Assembly (NCBI GenBank): GCA_040754455.1
Contig: JBFMCP010000046.1
Location: forward strand, 1-21,879
Direction of reading: 5' to 3'
Length of the DNA: 21,879 nucleotides
DNA from: Nitrospirota bacterium
Lineage (GTDB): Bacteria > Nitrospirota > Thermodesulfovibrionia > Thermodesulfovibrionales > Dissulfurispiraceae
This document shows positions 1-8,331 of the stretch, piece after piece. The position numbers were made by a program, and so were the translations under genes. How positions within the stretch are numbered: position 1 is the stretch's first letter; each line of letters starts with the position of its first letter. The notes under the pieces were generated by a model. It did no database searches and was not told the DNA's origin. It was given only the letters and a program-made list of their open reading frames with translations.

Positions 1-2
1 AC

Positions 3-188
3 GCCGACTACATCGCCTTCTACTCCCCTCGGGAAAAGACTGTCTACGTCTCGGTGGACGACGCCAGTCTCCATGTCTTCGCCCATGAACTGGCGCATGT
101 CGTCATCGACCACTATTTCGGCATTGCGCCCCCTACGCATATTCACGAAGTCCTCGCCCAATACGTAGAAGCACATCTCGAAGACTAA
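3..188 (+). CDS. 3' end of a putative zinc metallopeptidase-like protein (HEXXH); partial, runs off the left edge
   Basis: Manual translation from position 3: ADYIAFYSPREKTVYVSVDDASLHVFAHELAHVVIDHYFGIAPPTHIHEVLAQYVEAHLED* (TAA 186-188). Has HELAH plus a downstream E (HEVLA), as in gluzincin-like proteins. Not in the supplied ORF track. Confidence 0.75.
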   Translation, partial: ADYIAFYSPREKTVYVSVDDASLHVFAHELAHVVIDHYFGIAPPTHIHEVLAQYVEAHLED

Positions 189-200
189 ACTTTACGGCGT

Positions 201-286
201 ATTCTAAATCCGAATTTCGAAGTCCGAAACCCGAGATAAAAGAATTCTTACTATCCGTTTAGAGTCTCGTGCTTTGGATTTAGAAT
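201..286. terminator. Heptamer-periodic long inverted repeat between convergent genes; likely bidirectional terminator or stabilising hairpin
   Basis: ATTCTAAATCC (201-211) is the exact reverse complement of GGATTTAGAAT (276-286). The arms extend imperfectly to about 30 nt with 7-nt periodicity. Lies between stops at 188 (+) and 295 (-). Confidence 0.55.
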
Positions 287-294
287 TTAAATAG

Positions 295-2655
295 CTACTC
301 GCTGTCCTTTTCAGGGGCCAGGATGGAGAGCCGCTGCTTGGCCTCGCGGTGGGCTGGATCGATATGGAGCGCTTTCCGGTAGGCGTCGATGGCACGGTAG
401 GTCATATCGAGCCGTTCATATAGCGTCCCTGCGTTGTAGCGCAGTCCCGCATGTTCGGGAAACATCATGATGCCCTGCTGGATAATCCTGAGCGCCTCCT
501 CGAAACGATCCCTCTTTGTGTAATAGCGTGCCACATCGTAAAAGACCGAGGGCTGGACCTTCGTTTCACTCTCGATATACCGGAGCGCCTTCAGATAGGC
601 CTCTTCGGCCATGGCATCCTTGCCGATACGGGAAAGATATGACCCGAAGGCGAGATGCGGGGTGACGCGTCGTGGAAGTGCGCGTCCGATCTCGTCATCG
701 GTAAAGCCGCAGAGGATCATAAGGGTGATGTAGTCCCGCGTCCGGTGCGGCACAAGGGCGAGAGCAGCGGCAAGCGACGCGAGGGCTTCATCCTTTTTTC
801 CTTGGCTGAGAAGCCAGAGGGCATACGTTTTATAGCGCACGGAATTGCTGCCGTCATAGGCAATCCCCCGCTTGAGCAACTGCTCGGCCTTTTCATTCTG
901 TAAAAGTGCCGCATAGGCAATGCCGAGGTTCTGCAGATGATCGCCGTTGAGAGGATTCCGTGCGAGCGCACTGATGAACTGTGTAACGGCCTGCTCATGG
1001 TTTCCTCTCAGTGATTCGATCTGTCCTTGTATCGAGCGGTAGGAACCCTCGAAGGGGTCGAAAAGAGCGGCACGGGAAGCGCTGCGGTACACTGCATCGA
1101 GATCCTGCTTCGACATCTCTTTATTCAACTTCACTGCAGTGAACGAAGCGGAGGAAATATCCGCTATGGTAATGCCGATATTCAAGACAAGACTGATGCC
1201 GAAGAGGAGGACGACCGGGACAATAGCAAGACCGGCCGGTCCCGGCGCTGCGGGGTCCAGATAGGTCACGGTCTCGCGCTTGCGCAGCCGGGTATTGGCG
1301 GCAGAGAGAGCGAGTCCGCAGAGAAAAAAGAAGTAAAGGCCGTTCGAGCCGATGTGGAGATTGAAATCGGTGAGACTATGGATGAGGATGGCGATGATCC
1401 CGCTGGTGCTGCCGTAGAAGAGGAGCTTCGCATAAGAGTCCTTTCTCCTCGAAAAGCTGGTGAACGCCTCCCTGAAGAGGGCGACGAGAAACCATGCTGC
1501 GAGGGCAACGCCGATACCACCTCCCTCGACGAGGAGCTCAAGGTAGTCGTTCTCCGCATGGTCGGCAGTGCGTTCTCCCGGAATGGACCGGTATTTCTGA
1601 TAAACCGAAAGGAAGCTCCCGAACCCGGTACCGGTAAGCGGGAAGTCCTTTACGATCCGCAGGCTGTCGTTCCAGAGCGTCGGTCTGAGCTCGGCAATGT
1701 TTCCCTCTTCATTGGTGATCCTTTCGAACCGCTGGAATATCGGCTCCCAGCCGAACCATCCGACGGCAAGAACGATGACAAGAAACACGGCGATGATCAC
1801 CACACCCCTCTTCCTCGTACGCTCCTTTCGGAGGAGCATCGCACCGAAAAAGATCGTGGAGAGGCTGAGGCCTATGATGCCTCCACGGGAAAGGCTGACG
1901 AAGACCGAGACGGCGATCACCACCGCGAAGAAACCGGTCAGGAGATAGTTGTTCGTCTCCCGCTTGCTGAACAGCTCCGCAAGCCGCTCACGAAGCGTAG
2001 TGTACTGCACCCTCGGCTTGAGGGCGAGGAATAAGCCGAGCGCCACCGGGAAAACCATCTCCATGAAACCTGCGTAGTGGTTTCTGTTGACAAAGGGGCC
2101 GATCGGGAAAGGACGGTCTGTCGACGTAATCGGAAACAGCCAGAAAATCTTTCCATTGGTGAAAAGGCCGGTAAGGATGCTCACCACCGAGAGGACGGAA
2201 GCAAAGACGGTCACCACCGTGACCGTCCGTTTCAGCTCCTCTTTTCGGGCGAGGAGCTGAATGGTGAGGACATACAAAGCAATGTATGAGCTGAACCTGA
2301 ACAGTTCCGTCAGTGTCGACTTTTTGTTGACCGATAAGGATATCCACTCAACAGGCGCAACGCTTCCGAGAGTCTCTGCGTACAGTGCATAGGTCTTTGG
2401 CGATATAATGCGTACTGTCCCTGCGGGCAACGGTATAAGCTGCATGCCGATGTACGACCAGAGACAGAGCAGCGGGATGAGCCCCGGCACGCGGTACAGG
2501 GGTGTCCCGTTCTTTCGGTGCTCCAGGAGCAGAAGAACAAGGGCGCAGAGCGACAGGCCCACCATGATCGTCTGTGACCATGGCGCGACAGTGCCGAACG
2601 CCAGCGGCGAAAAAATGAGGAGAAAGAGAAAGAGATTATAGCTGTGACGGTACAT
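295..2655 (-). CDS. O-antigen ligase (WaaL/Wzy_C) family membrane protein with C-terminal TPR domain, ~786 aa
   Basis: Many TM segments; motifs GPFVNRNHYAG, SLSRGG, R..W...FPLTGTGFGSF and HAENDYLELLVEGG; C-terminal TPR-like helices (A...Y..AL..DP). Start reassigned to ATG 2655 (MYRHSYN), which follows AGGAAGG and overlaps the upstream gene end. The first 61 aa of the track ORF overlap the phosphatase gene. Confidence 0.88.
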   Translation of the reverse strand: MYRHSYNLFLFLLIFSPLAFGTVAPWSQTIMVGLSLCALVLLLLEHRKNGTPLYRVPGLIPLLCLWSYIGMQLIPLPAGTVRIISPKTYALYAETLGSVAPVEWISLSVNKKSTLTELFRFSSYIALYVLTIQLLARKEELKRTVTVVTVFASVLSVVSILTGLFTNGKIFWLFPITSTDRPFPIGPFVNRNHYAGFMEMVFPVALGLFLALKPRVQYTTLRERLAELFSKRETNNYLLTGFFAVVIAVSVFVSLSRGGIIGLSLSTIFFGAMLLRKERTRKRGVVIIAVFLVIVLAVGWFGWEPIFQRFERITNEEGNIAELRPTLWNDSLRIVKDFPLTGTGFGSFLSVYQKYRSIPGERTADHAENDYLELLVEGGGIGVALAAWFLVALFREAFTSFSRRKDSYAKLLFYGSTSGIIAILIHSLTDFNLHIGSNGLYFFFLCGLALSAANTRLRKRETVTYLDPAAPGPAGLAIVPVVLLFGISLVLNIGITIADISSASFTAVKLNKEMSKQDLDAVYRSASRAALFDPFEGSYRSIQGQIESLRGNHEQAVTQFISALARNPLNGDHLQNLGIAYAALLQNEKAEQLLKRGIAYDGSNSVRYKTYALWLLSQGKKDEALASLAAALALVPHRTRDYITLMILCGFTDDEIGRALPRRVTPHLAFGSYLSRIGKDAMAEEAYLKALRYIESETKVQPSVFYDVARYYTKRDRFEEALRIIQQGIMMFPEHAGLRYNAGTLYERLDMTYRAIDAYRKALHIDPAHREAKQRLSILAPEKDSE

Positions 2656-3361
2656 CGAGCGGCCTTCCTGCAAGCACTGCCTCGGGATTTTTCGTGACCA
2701 TCTCACGCGCCCTGTCCATTCCGATAATCTCCGCAGCAGCGCGCAGCCCCTCGGAAAGCAGCGGCGGCCTCCAGTCAGGGGCGTGGCCGTCGGTGGCGAT
2801 GAAACTGACGACCCCCCTCCTGAGGAGATAGTCGGCACAGGCCTTTACATCGGGACCGAAGTCTCCGGAGAGGCTGCCTGCAGTGATCTGCACGAGCGCC
2901 GTAGTGTTGATCAGGTCCATGATCTGTTCAGGGTTCCTGATGACCGATCCGTTCCTCTCGGGATGCGTAATGATCGGACGCAGCCCCTTGAGCACAATGT
3001 TGAACAGCACCTCTTTTGCGTTCATCGGCAGATGCGTATGGGGGAATTCGATGAGGAGGTATCCGGTGCCGTTCAGGGTGTAGTCGGCCATTGCCGCAGG
3101 GGGCAGCAGGATATTCACATCCGCACCGGGGAGTACCGTAAGAGGAATGCCTTTTTCTTTAAGAGCCCTGTTCAATGTCGCCACACCCTCCCTGATGCGG
3201 GCCGGGGAACAGACGACATCGCTCAGATAAGGGACATGGGGAGTCGCTATCAGGGTGGTGATGCCGTTGCGCACGGCGATCGACGCCATCTCGAGTGATT
3301 CGCTGATATCTGAAGGCCCGTCATCGATGCCCGGGAGTATATGGCAATGGATATCGATCAC
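2636..3361 (-). CDS. cpsB: CpsB/CapC/YwqE-family PHP tyrosine-protein phosphatase
   Basis: MIDIHCHILPGIDDG, ATPH, LLIEF, ITHPERN and ATDGH motifs; directly downstream of the Wzc kinase. Confidence 0.93.
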   Translation of the reverse strand: MIDIHCHILPGIDDGPSDISESLEMASIAVRNGITTLIATPHVPYLSDVVCSPARIREGVATLNRALKEKGIPLTVLPGADVNILLPPAAMADYTLNGTGYLLIEFPHTHLPMNAKEVLFNIVLKGLRPIITHPERNGSVIRNPEQIMDLINTTALVQITAGSLSGDFGPDVKACADYLLRRGVVSFIATDGHAPDWRPPLLSEGLRAAAEIIGMDRAREMVTKNPEAVLAGRPLDVPSQL

Positions 3362-3364
3362 ACC

Positions 3365-5503
3365 TTAGGACTTACCTTCTTCGGCGGAATAGGTGTAATT
3401 GTAATAGCGCTGGTAGTAGTAATCGTTCTTCTTTACATCAAGGGCATTGATCACAATGCCGAGGACATGCGCCTTGAGATCGTAGAGCGACTTCAGACCC
3501 CGCTTCATTTCATCATAAGTAACCTTGCCTGCCCGCGTCACGATGATCGTCCCTTCAACGGTCTTGCTCAGTATGAGGCTGTCGGCAACCGAGAGCAGCG
3601 GCGGCGAATCGCAGACAATGATGTCGTACTGCCCGCTGAGCGCGGTCAGGAGCTCGTTCATCCTGTTCGAGCCGAGCAGCTCCGAAGGGTTCGGCGGTAT
3701 GGGACCTGATGTGATAACGCTCAGCCCGGACAGCGGACCCTTTTGGGTGATACTCATGTCCGACGCCCCCGCGAGATAGGTCGAGAGCCCTTTCGTATTG
3801 TTCAGACCGAACACTTTATGGAGCCGCGGCTTTCTCAGGTCAGCGTCGATCAGCAGGACCTTGTATTCCGACTGCGCGATCGCCATGGCGAGGTTGATCG
3901 AGGTGGTCGTTTTCCCCTCCTCGGGGCTCATGCTCGTCACGAGGATGCGCTTCGGGGGCCGCTCCGCGGATGAGAGGAGCAGCGCGGTCCTGATGGCCTT
4001 GTAATTTTCGGTGATGATCGAGGTGGGCTCACGGACAACGATCCCTTCGATTACGGCATTCGGGGTCTTGTTCATCGTGATCACACCGAAGACCGGTACT
4101 CCCAGCTTGGTCTCGACCTCTTCAGGCGATTTGACCGTATTGTCGAGGTACTCCACAAAGAAGGCGGCTCCGATGCCGCCGAAAGCTCCGACGATCAAGC
4201 CCAGCAGCAGGTTCAGCGCCTTCCGCGGCTTTGCCGGCGATTTGGGCGCCTCGGCCTTTTCGACCACCAGTACATTGACGGTCTGGCCCTGCTCGGTGAT
4301 GCTCTGCTCCTTGATCTTCTTTACAAGGGCATCGTAGAGCTGCCGGTTCGTCTCGACCTCGCGATTGATCGAGCCGTACTCCATGAATTTTTCATTGACG
4401 TTCAATGCCTCCGATTTGGTCTCGCCCAGGAAGCGGTTGAGCGTCGCCACGTTCGCCTTTGCCATTTCGTATTCGTTTTTTATGGAGTCGATAATCCTGC
4501 GGATCTCCTGCTCCCGCTTCGCCTTCAATACATTGAGGTCCTCGAGAGCGCGGGTCATGGCAGGATGCTTTTTCCCATACTTCTGCGACATCTCCATGAT
4601 GTTCTGCTCTGATTTGATGATCTGCTGCTTGATCGCCTGCAGCGAAGGATCGGAAGCGATGACCGATATGGTCTCAGCCTCGTCGAGGTCGTTCGAGATG
4701 CTCTTCACCTTGGTATAGAGGGTCTCGAGCTGCTTCTTCTTTGTCTCGGCCTGGATCAGCTGGCTGTTCAGCTCAGAGAGCTTCTGGGGAATGACTGCGA
4801 TCTTGTTCTCCATGGTAATAATATTGCGGTTCTTCACATATTCCTGGAGGTTCTTTTCCGAACGGTCGAGCTTTTCGCGCTCCTCTTCGGCCTTCTTGGT
4901 CATCCACTGCAGGGCGTAGCGGGTCGAGCTCATATTCAGCTCCAGGAGCTCTTCGATATAGGCCCGGGCAACGGTGTTGGTGATTGAGCGCGCGAGCTCG
5001 GGGTTCGGTGCAAGATAGCGTATCTCGACGATCTTGCTGTTCTTCACCGGTTTGACTTCGATGTTCTCGCTGATGACCTTTGCGAGCCTGTCGATCTTTG
5101 TCTGCGCAGCATCCTCTTTGGATTCTGAAGAGCCTGAAGGGATAAGGCCGCCCACCCAGCCGAAGATGCCGCCGATGAACGAAGAGCCCCGGAGCTTCTC
5201 CGCATCATAGGACTTATCGAGGTTGAGCAGCTCCACCACCTTCTGCGCCACGGCCCTGCTCTTGATGAGCTGGTACTGGGTCTCGTAGAATTCGGGATCG
5301 TGCGGGACATAGCCGGCGTTTGCCAGTGGCCGCGGGTCGTTCCGGTCGATCAGTATCTTGGTCGTTGCCTGGTAAAGCGACCTGGTCGAAAGCGTCCCGA
5401 TGAGCACCGCCACAAAGACGATGACGAAAAAGGTGTAGACCGTCTGTCTCCGTTTCCGTATGACATTCAGATAATCCCGCAGATGTATTTCTTTCTCTTC
5501 CAT
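3365..5503 (-). CDS. wzc: Polysaccharide co-polymerase / BY-kinase (Wzc-type), ~712 aa
   Basis: N-terminal Wzz-like TM (IHLRDYLNVIRKRR), periplasmic coiled coil, P.SP..P before TM2, Walker A SMSPEEGKTT, Walker A' LLIDADLRKP, Walker B IIVCDSPP and a C-terminal Tyr cluster DYYYQRYYNYTY. ATG 5503 follows GGGAG; alternative start 5533. Confidence 0.95.
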   Translation of the reverse strand: MEEKEIHLRDYLNVIRKRRQTVYTFFVIVFVAVLIGTLSTRSLYQATTKILIDRNDPRPLANAGYVPHDPEFYETQYQLIKSRAVAQKVVELLNLDKSYDAEKLRGSSFIGGIFGWVGGLIPSGSSESKEDAAQTKIDRLAKVISENIEVKPVKNSKIVEIRYLAPNPELARSITNTVARAYIEELLELNMSSTRYALQWMTKKAEEEREKLDRSEKNLQEYVKNRNIITMENKIAVIPQKLSELNSQLIQAETKKKQLETLYTKVKSISNDLDEAETISVIASDPSLQAIKQQIIKSEQNIMEMSQKYGKKHPAMTRALEDLNVLKAKREQEIRRIIDSIKNEYEMAKANVATLNRFLGETKSEALNVNEKFMEYGSINREVETNRQLYDALVKKIKEQSITEQGQTVNVLVVEKAEAPKSPAKPRKALNLLLGLIVGAFGGIGAAFFVEYLDNTVKSPEEVETKLGVPVFGVITMNKTPNAVIEGIVVREPTSIITENYKAIRTALLLSSAERPPKRILVTSMSPEEGKTTTSINLAMAIAQSEYKVLLIDADLRKPRLHKVFGLNNTKGLSTYLAGASDMSITQKGPLSGLSVITSGPIPPNPSELLGSNRMNELLTALSGQYDIIVCDSPPLLSVADSLILSKTVEGTIIVTRAGKVTYDEMKRGLKSLYDLKAHVLGIVINALDVKKNDYYYQRYYNYTYSAEEGKS

Positions 5504-5533
5504 TCGCAACTCCCGGTTTGATACTTTATCCAT

Positions 5534-6328
5534 CTAAAAGAAGCTTTCGGGCACAACGATCACATCGTCGGGCAGCACCGGCTCGTCCATTTTTACCTTT
5601 TCAAGGACCACTTCTTTCCCGTCGATCTTCCGTATGATCTTCACCCTGCTCATCGAAGCCTTTTCCGAAAAGCCGCCGGCGTGGGTGATCGCCTTGATCA
5701 CCGTGGTCCCTTCCGTATACTTGTAGGCATCGGGCTTCTTCACTTCGCCGTTCACGTAGAACATGCCTGCCTTGCTCACGAAGATGCTGTCGCCGTCGAT
5801 GATGGCGATATCCTGCGAGGTATCGCCTTTCTCGATCAGCCGCTTCAGGTCGATGGTGATAATGTTCTCTTTTTTATCCGGTGCCCCCGATTTCCGTTTG
5901 ACGGTGGCGATATCGCCTGCATCCTTGGTCAAATCGCCGGCCTTCGAAAGCACTTCGAGGAAGGTGGTGTATCCTTTCAGCTCGATGAGGCCAGGCTTGT
6001 TCACCTGGCCGATGATCGTCACCCTCTGGCTTCTGAACTCTTCGATAAAAATGGTGATCTGCGGAGAGACGACATAGCCGTCGGCAAGGAGTGCCGCCAG
6101 CTTCTCGGAGACCTGCGGGATCGTGAGTCCCGCGACCTTCACCTGGCCGATGAGGGGAAAGAGGATCGTGCCCTCCCCGCTCACCCGGGCTATCGTCAAG
6201 AGATCGGCATGGTCATAGACGGCGATCTTCAGCACATCGCCCTCGCCGACGATGTAGTCCTGCGCCCCTGAAACGGCGGTACTGATCAGCAATAACCCCA
6301 GAACCACTGCAACAAAAAACTTCTTCAT
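5534..6328 (-). CDS. wza: Polysaccharide export OPX protein (Poly_export plus 2 SLBB domains), short non-lipoprotein form
   Basis: Signal peptide, then DYIVGEGDVLKIAV...GTILFPLIGQVKVAGLT (PES motif) and two SLBB repeats (GQVNKPG, GEVKKPD..AGGF). Ends VVPESFF. No Cys anywhere in the translation. Confidence 0.92.
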   Translation of the reverse strand: MKKFFVAVVLGLLLISTAVSGAQDYIVGEGDVLKIAVYDHADLLTIARVSGEGTILFPLIGQVKVAGLTIPQVSEKLAALLADGYVVSPQITIFIEEFRSQRVTIIGQVNKPGLIELKGYTTFLEVLSKAGDLTKDAGDIATVKRKSGAPDKKENIITIDLKRLIEKGDTSQDIAIIDGDSIFVSKAGMFYVNGEVKKPDAYKYTEGTTVIKAITHAGGFSEKASMSRVKIIRKIDGKEVVLEKVKMDEPVLPDDVIVVPESFF

Positions 6329-6391
6329 CGTACCTCTACCCTCTATTGTGCATCATCAGGGGGTTACAATGTAAATCCCCCCTCCCCTCCG

Positions 6392-6425
6392 CACGCCGGC
6401 TGCCTGGGACCAGGCAGCCAGCGTG
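6392..6425 (-). other. Strong intercistronic hairpin between the beta-barrel gene and wza
   Basis: Minus strand reads CACGCTGGCTGCCTG-GTCC-CAGGCAGCCGGCGTG: a 15-bp stem with one G-U pair and no U-tract. Confidence 0.6.
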
Positions 6426-6456
6426 AAAGGGATGATTTGCGCAACAGGATGTCGAT

Positions 6457-7758
6457 TTAGAGCGATCCGGTAATCCTGAAAGAGACGGTATTGTTGGTGT
6501 AATCAAAGCTTCTGAAATTCGAATCTCTCTTCGTGTACACATAGCCGAGCTCGGCGCTCAGCCATTCCTTGAATTTGTAGATAAACGAGGGACCTCCGCT
6601 GTAGTATTTATCCTTGCGCTGTTTTGTCCCTTCGCCCGCCACCGTGATTTCCTCTCCCTTATATTTGTCGCTCGTATAGGAAACCCGCAGGGCGCCTGCA
6701 ATCTTATTGGTGATCCTCTGGTTGTATTCGATGCCGATGTTGTCGGAAACCACATAGCTGTCGGCCGTGATATCCGACTCGTTGGTCCTCCGCGAGATGA
6801 TCAACCCGGCAGAGGTTTTGGGAGTAAAGTTGTGCCGCACCTGTGCCTCGGCAAGAAAGGTATTCTTTGTATCGACCGTCGACTTATCGAAATCCTTGAT
6901 ACCATAGCCTGCCTTGAGCATGATCAGGGACTTTGCGGTCACCTCTTTGCGGATGCCCAGGAACATGTTGTGCTCCTCGTTGTCGGGAAGCACGTCTTTA
7001 TCGTAGTTGATATCGATAAACTGATACTGCCCGAAAAGCGCGGTCCTGGGCCCCACTTTGTAGAAGGCATACGCCGATGCGGAGTTATCCATACGGTCCC
7101 TGAAGTCGTCGCCTTCCGAGGTGTAGTTGATGCTGTAGTTCCCGTAATCGAGCCGCAGCAGTAAGCTGTCGCTGAGCTGGTAGCTGAGCACGGTGCTGAA
7201 GTAGTTCGCATCGAATTCGTCCAGGTCGGTATCTATGTCACCGGTGCCGCGGGGGTTATGGGTCTTGAGGAACTGATTCATCAGGTCGATCGAAAGGCCG
7301 CCGCGGAAATTGTACTGCAGCATTGCGTCGACGCGGTGATTCTCGGTATTCTCCGAGGTCTCCTTCGCGTACCGCTCGATATCCGCCCGGTAGAGCACGT
7401 AGGCCTGGTAGCGGCCGGGAGCGCGGGGGAAAAACCTGGTCAGGGGTGCGCCGCCCGGTGTTACGCTCGAGGTCTCGATATCGTAGAGCCGCTCTTTGAC
7501 CCTCGGGGCGGCAAGCCAGATGCCGGGAGAAATAATAGTGACGTAATCTTCTTTTTCGTTGCTCCTGGTATTGAAGACGTTATCGGTATAGTATTCAGTC
7601 AGCGAAAGAAAGGGGTGAACATAGCCTCCCGTCCTCTCGAAGAGGCTTCCGGCGTCCCTGGAACTGCCGACAGGCGCCTGCTCAGCAGCGCTTGCCGCAA
7701 CCGGAATCAGAAGATAAAGGAGGACCAGACAGAAGAGACCTTTCATTTTTCCGTTCAT
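6457..7758 (-). CDS. Outer-membrane beta-barrel protein associated with EPS export (BBP2-like), ~433 aa
   Basis: Signal peptide, HPFLSLTEYYTDNVF start, alternating aromatic/polar beta-strands and terminal strand YTNNTVSFRITGSL; adjacent to wza/wzc. ATG 7758 lies 7 nt after AGGAG; the track's GTG 7764 is too close to the RBS. Confidence 0.85.
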   Translation of the reverse strand: MNGKMKGLFCLVLLYLLIPVAASAAEQAPVGSSRDAGSLFERTGGYVHPFLSLTEYYTDNVFNTRSNEKEDYVTIISPGIWLAAPRVKERLYDIETSSVTPGGAPLTRFFPRAPGRYQAYVLYRADIERYAKETSENTENHRVDAMLQYNFRGGLSIDLMNQFLKTHNPRGTGDIDTDLDEFDANYFSTVLSYQLSDSLLLRLDYGNYSINYTSEGDDFRDRMDNSASAYAFYKVGPRTALFGQYQFIDINYDKDVLPDNEEHNMFLGIRKEVTAKSLIMLKAGYGIKDFDKSTVDTKNTFLAEAQVRHNFTPKTSAGLIISRRTNESDITADSYVVSDNIGIEYNQRITNKIAGALRVSYTSDKYKGEEITVAGEGTKQRKDKYYSGGPSFIYKFKEWLSAELGYVYTKRDSNFRSFDYTNNTVSFRITGSL

Positions 7759-7778
7759 GCGCACGCTCCTGTCCCGGC

Positions 7779-8264
7779 TTATCTTGAAGGGCTGAAAAAC
7801 TTATTGCCGGTGTGGTTGCCCTTGCCGGGAAAGCCGCCCGTAAAAGGCGGAGGCACGGAATCACCTCTGCCGTAGGCAAGACCTTCATCATCCCTTCCCA
7901 TAATTCTTGCAACCTCTGCACGGTCGGCGCCAGCATCGATGGCACTCCGCGCCACCACATCGGCAGTCTCGCCTGCGGCGAGTGCTCCGCGGATAGCGCT
8001 CTCGAGGGATACCCCTGCATCAAGGGCGGCCCTTATGACCATGGCGGTGCTGTTGCCGGCCTGAATGGCGTTCTTCACCGCATCCTGCGGATTCATGCCT
8101 CCGGTAATCGCGTTCTTCATCGCCGTGCTGAGGCTCTTGACATCAGGCACATTCGCCGGGGCGAAGGGATTGCCGTTCGTTGCTGAGAGCGCAATCCCCT
8201 GGAGCAAAAATAATGCAGCGAGCACAACAAGAACTGCTACGACTGTCGACAGGTTCCGTTTCAT
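7779..8264 (-). CDS. Small secreted hypothetical protein, 161 aa, with five 14-aa Ala-rich repeats and a Gly/Pro tail ending SPSR
   Basis: Very strong RBS (TAAGGAGG), Sec signal peptide (MKRNLSTVVAVLVVLAALFLLQGIALSA), repeats at aa 50-119, and tight spacing to the beta-barrel gene. Confidence 0.85.
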   Translation of the reverse strand: MKRNLSTVVAVLVVLAALFLLQGIALSATNGNPFAPANVPDVKSLSTAMKNAITGGMNPQDAVKNAIQAGNSTAMVIRAALDAGVSLESAIRGALAAGETADVVARSAIDAGADRAEVARIMGRDDEGLAYGRGDSVPPPFTGGFPGKGNHTGNKFFSPSR

Positions 8265-8289
8265 GACATCCCCCTCCTTAATGGGTTAT

Positions 8290-8319
8290 ATACTAGCAAT
8301 GACTGTATGCTGCAATCAA
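8290..8319 (-). promoter_or_regulatory. Possible internal sigma70 promoter for the small protein / barrel / wza / wzc block
   Basis: Minus strand reads TTGATT-18 nt-TAGTAT with an extended -10 TG (TGcTAGTAT), about 25 nt upstream of ATG 8264. Confidence 0.35.
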
Positions 8320-8331
8320 GAGCGGACATTC

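Noticed and set aside
1027..2034. 335-aa plus-strand ORF
   Set aside because: Lies wholly antisense to the ligase-TPR gene. Its charged composition mirrors the hydrophobic codons opposite, so it is a GC-rich shadow ORF.
2656..2838. 61-aa N-terminal extension of the ligase-TPR ORF
   Set aside because: Overlaps the phosphatase CDS in another frame; ATG 2655 has an RBS and precedes the first TM helix.
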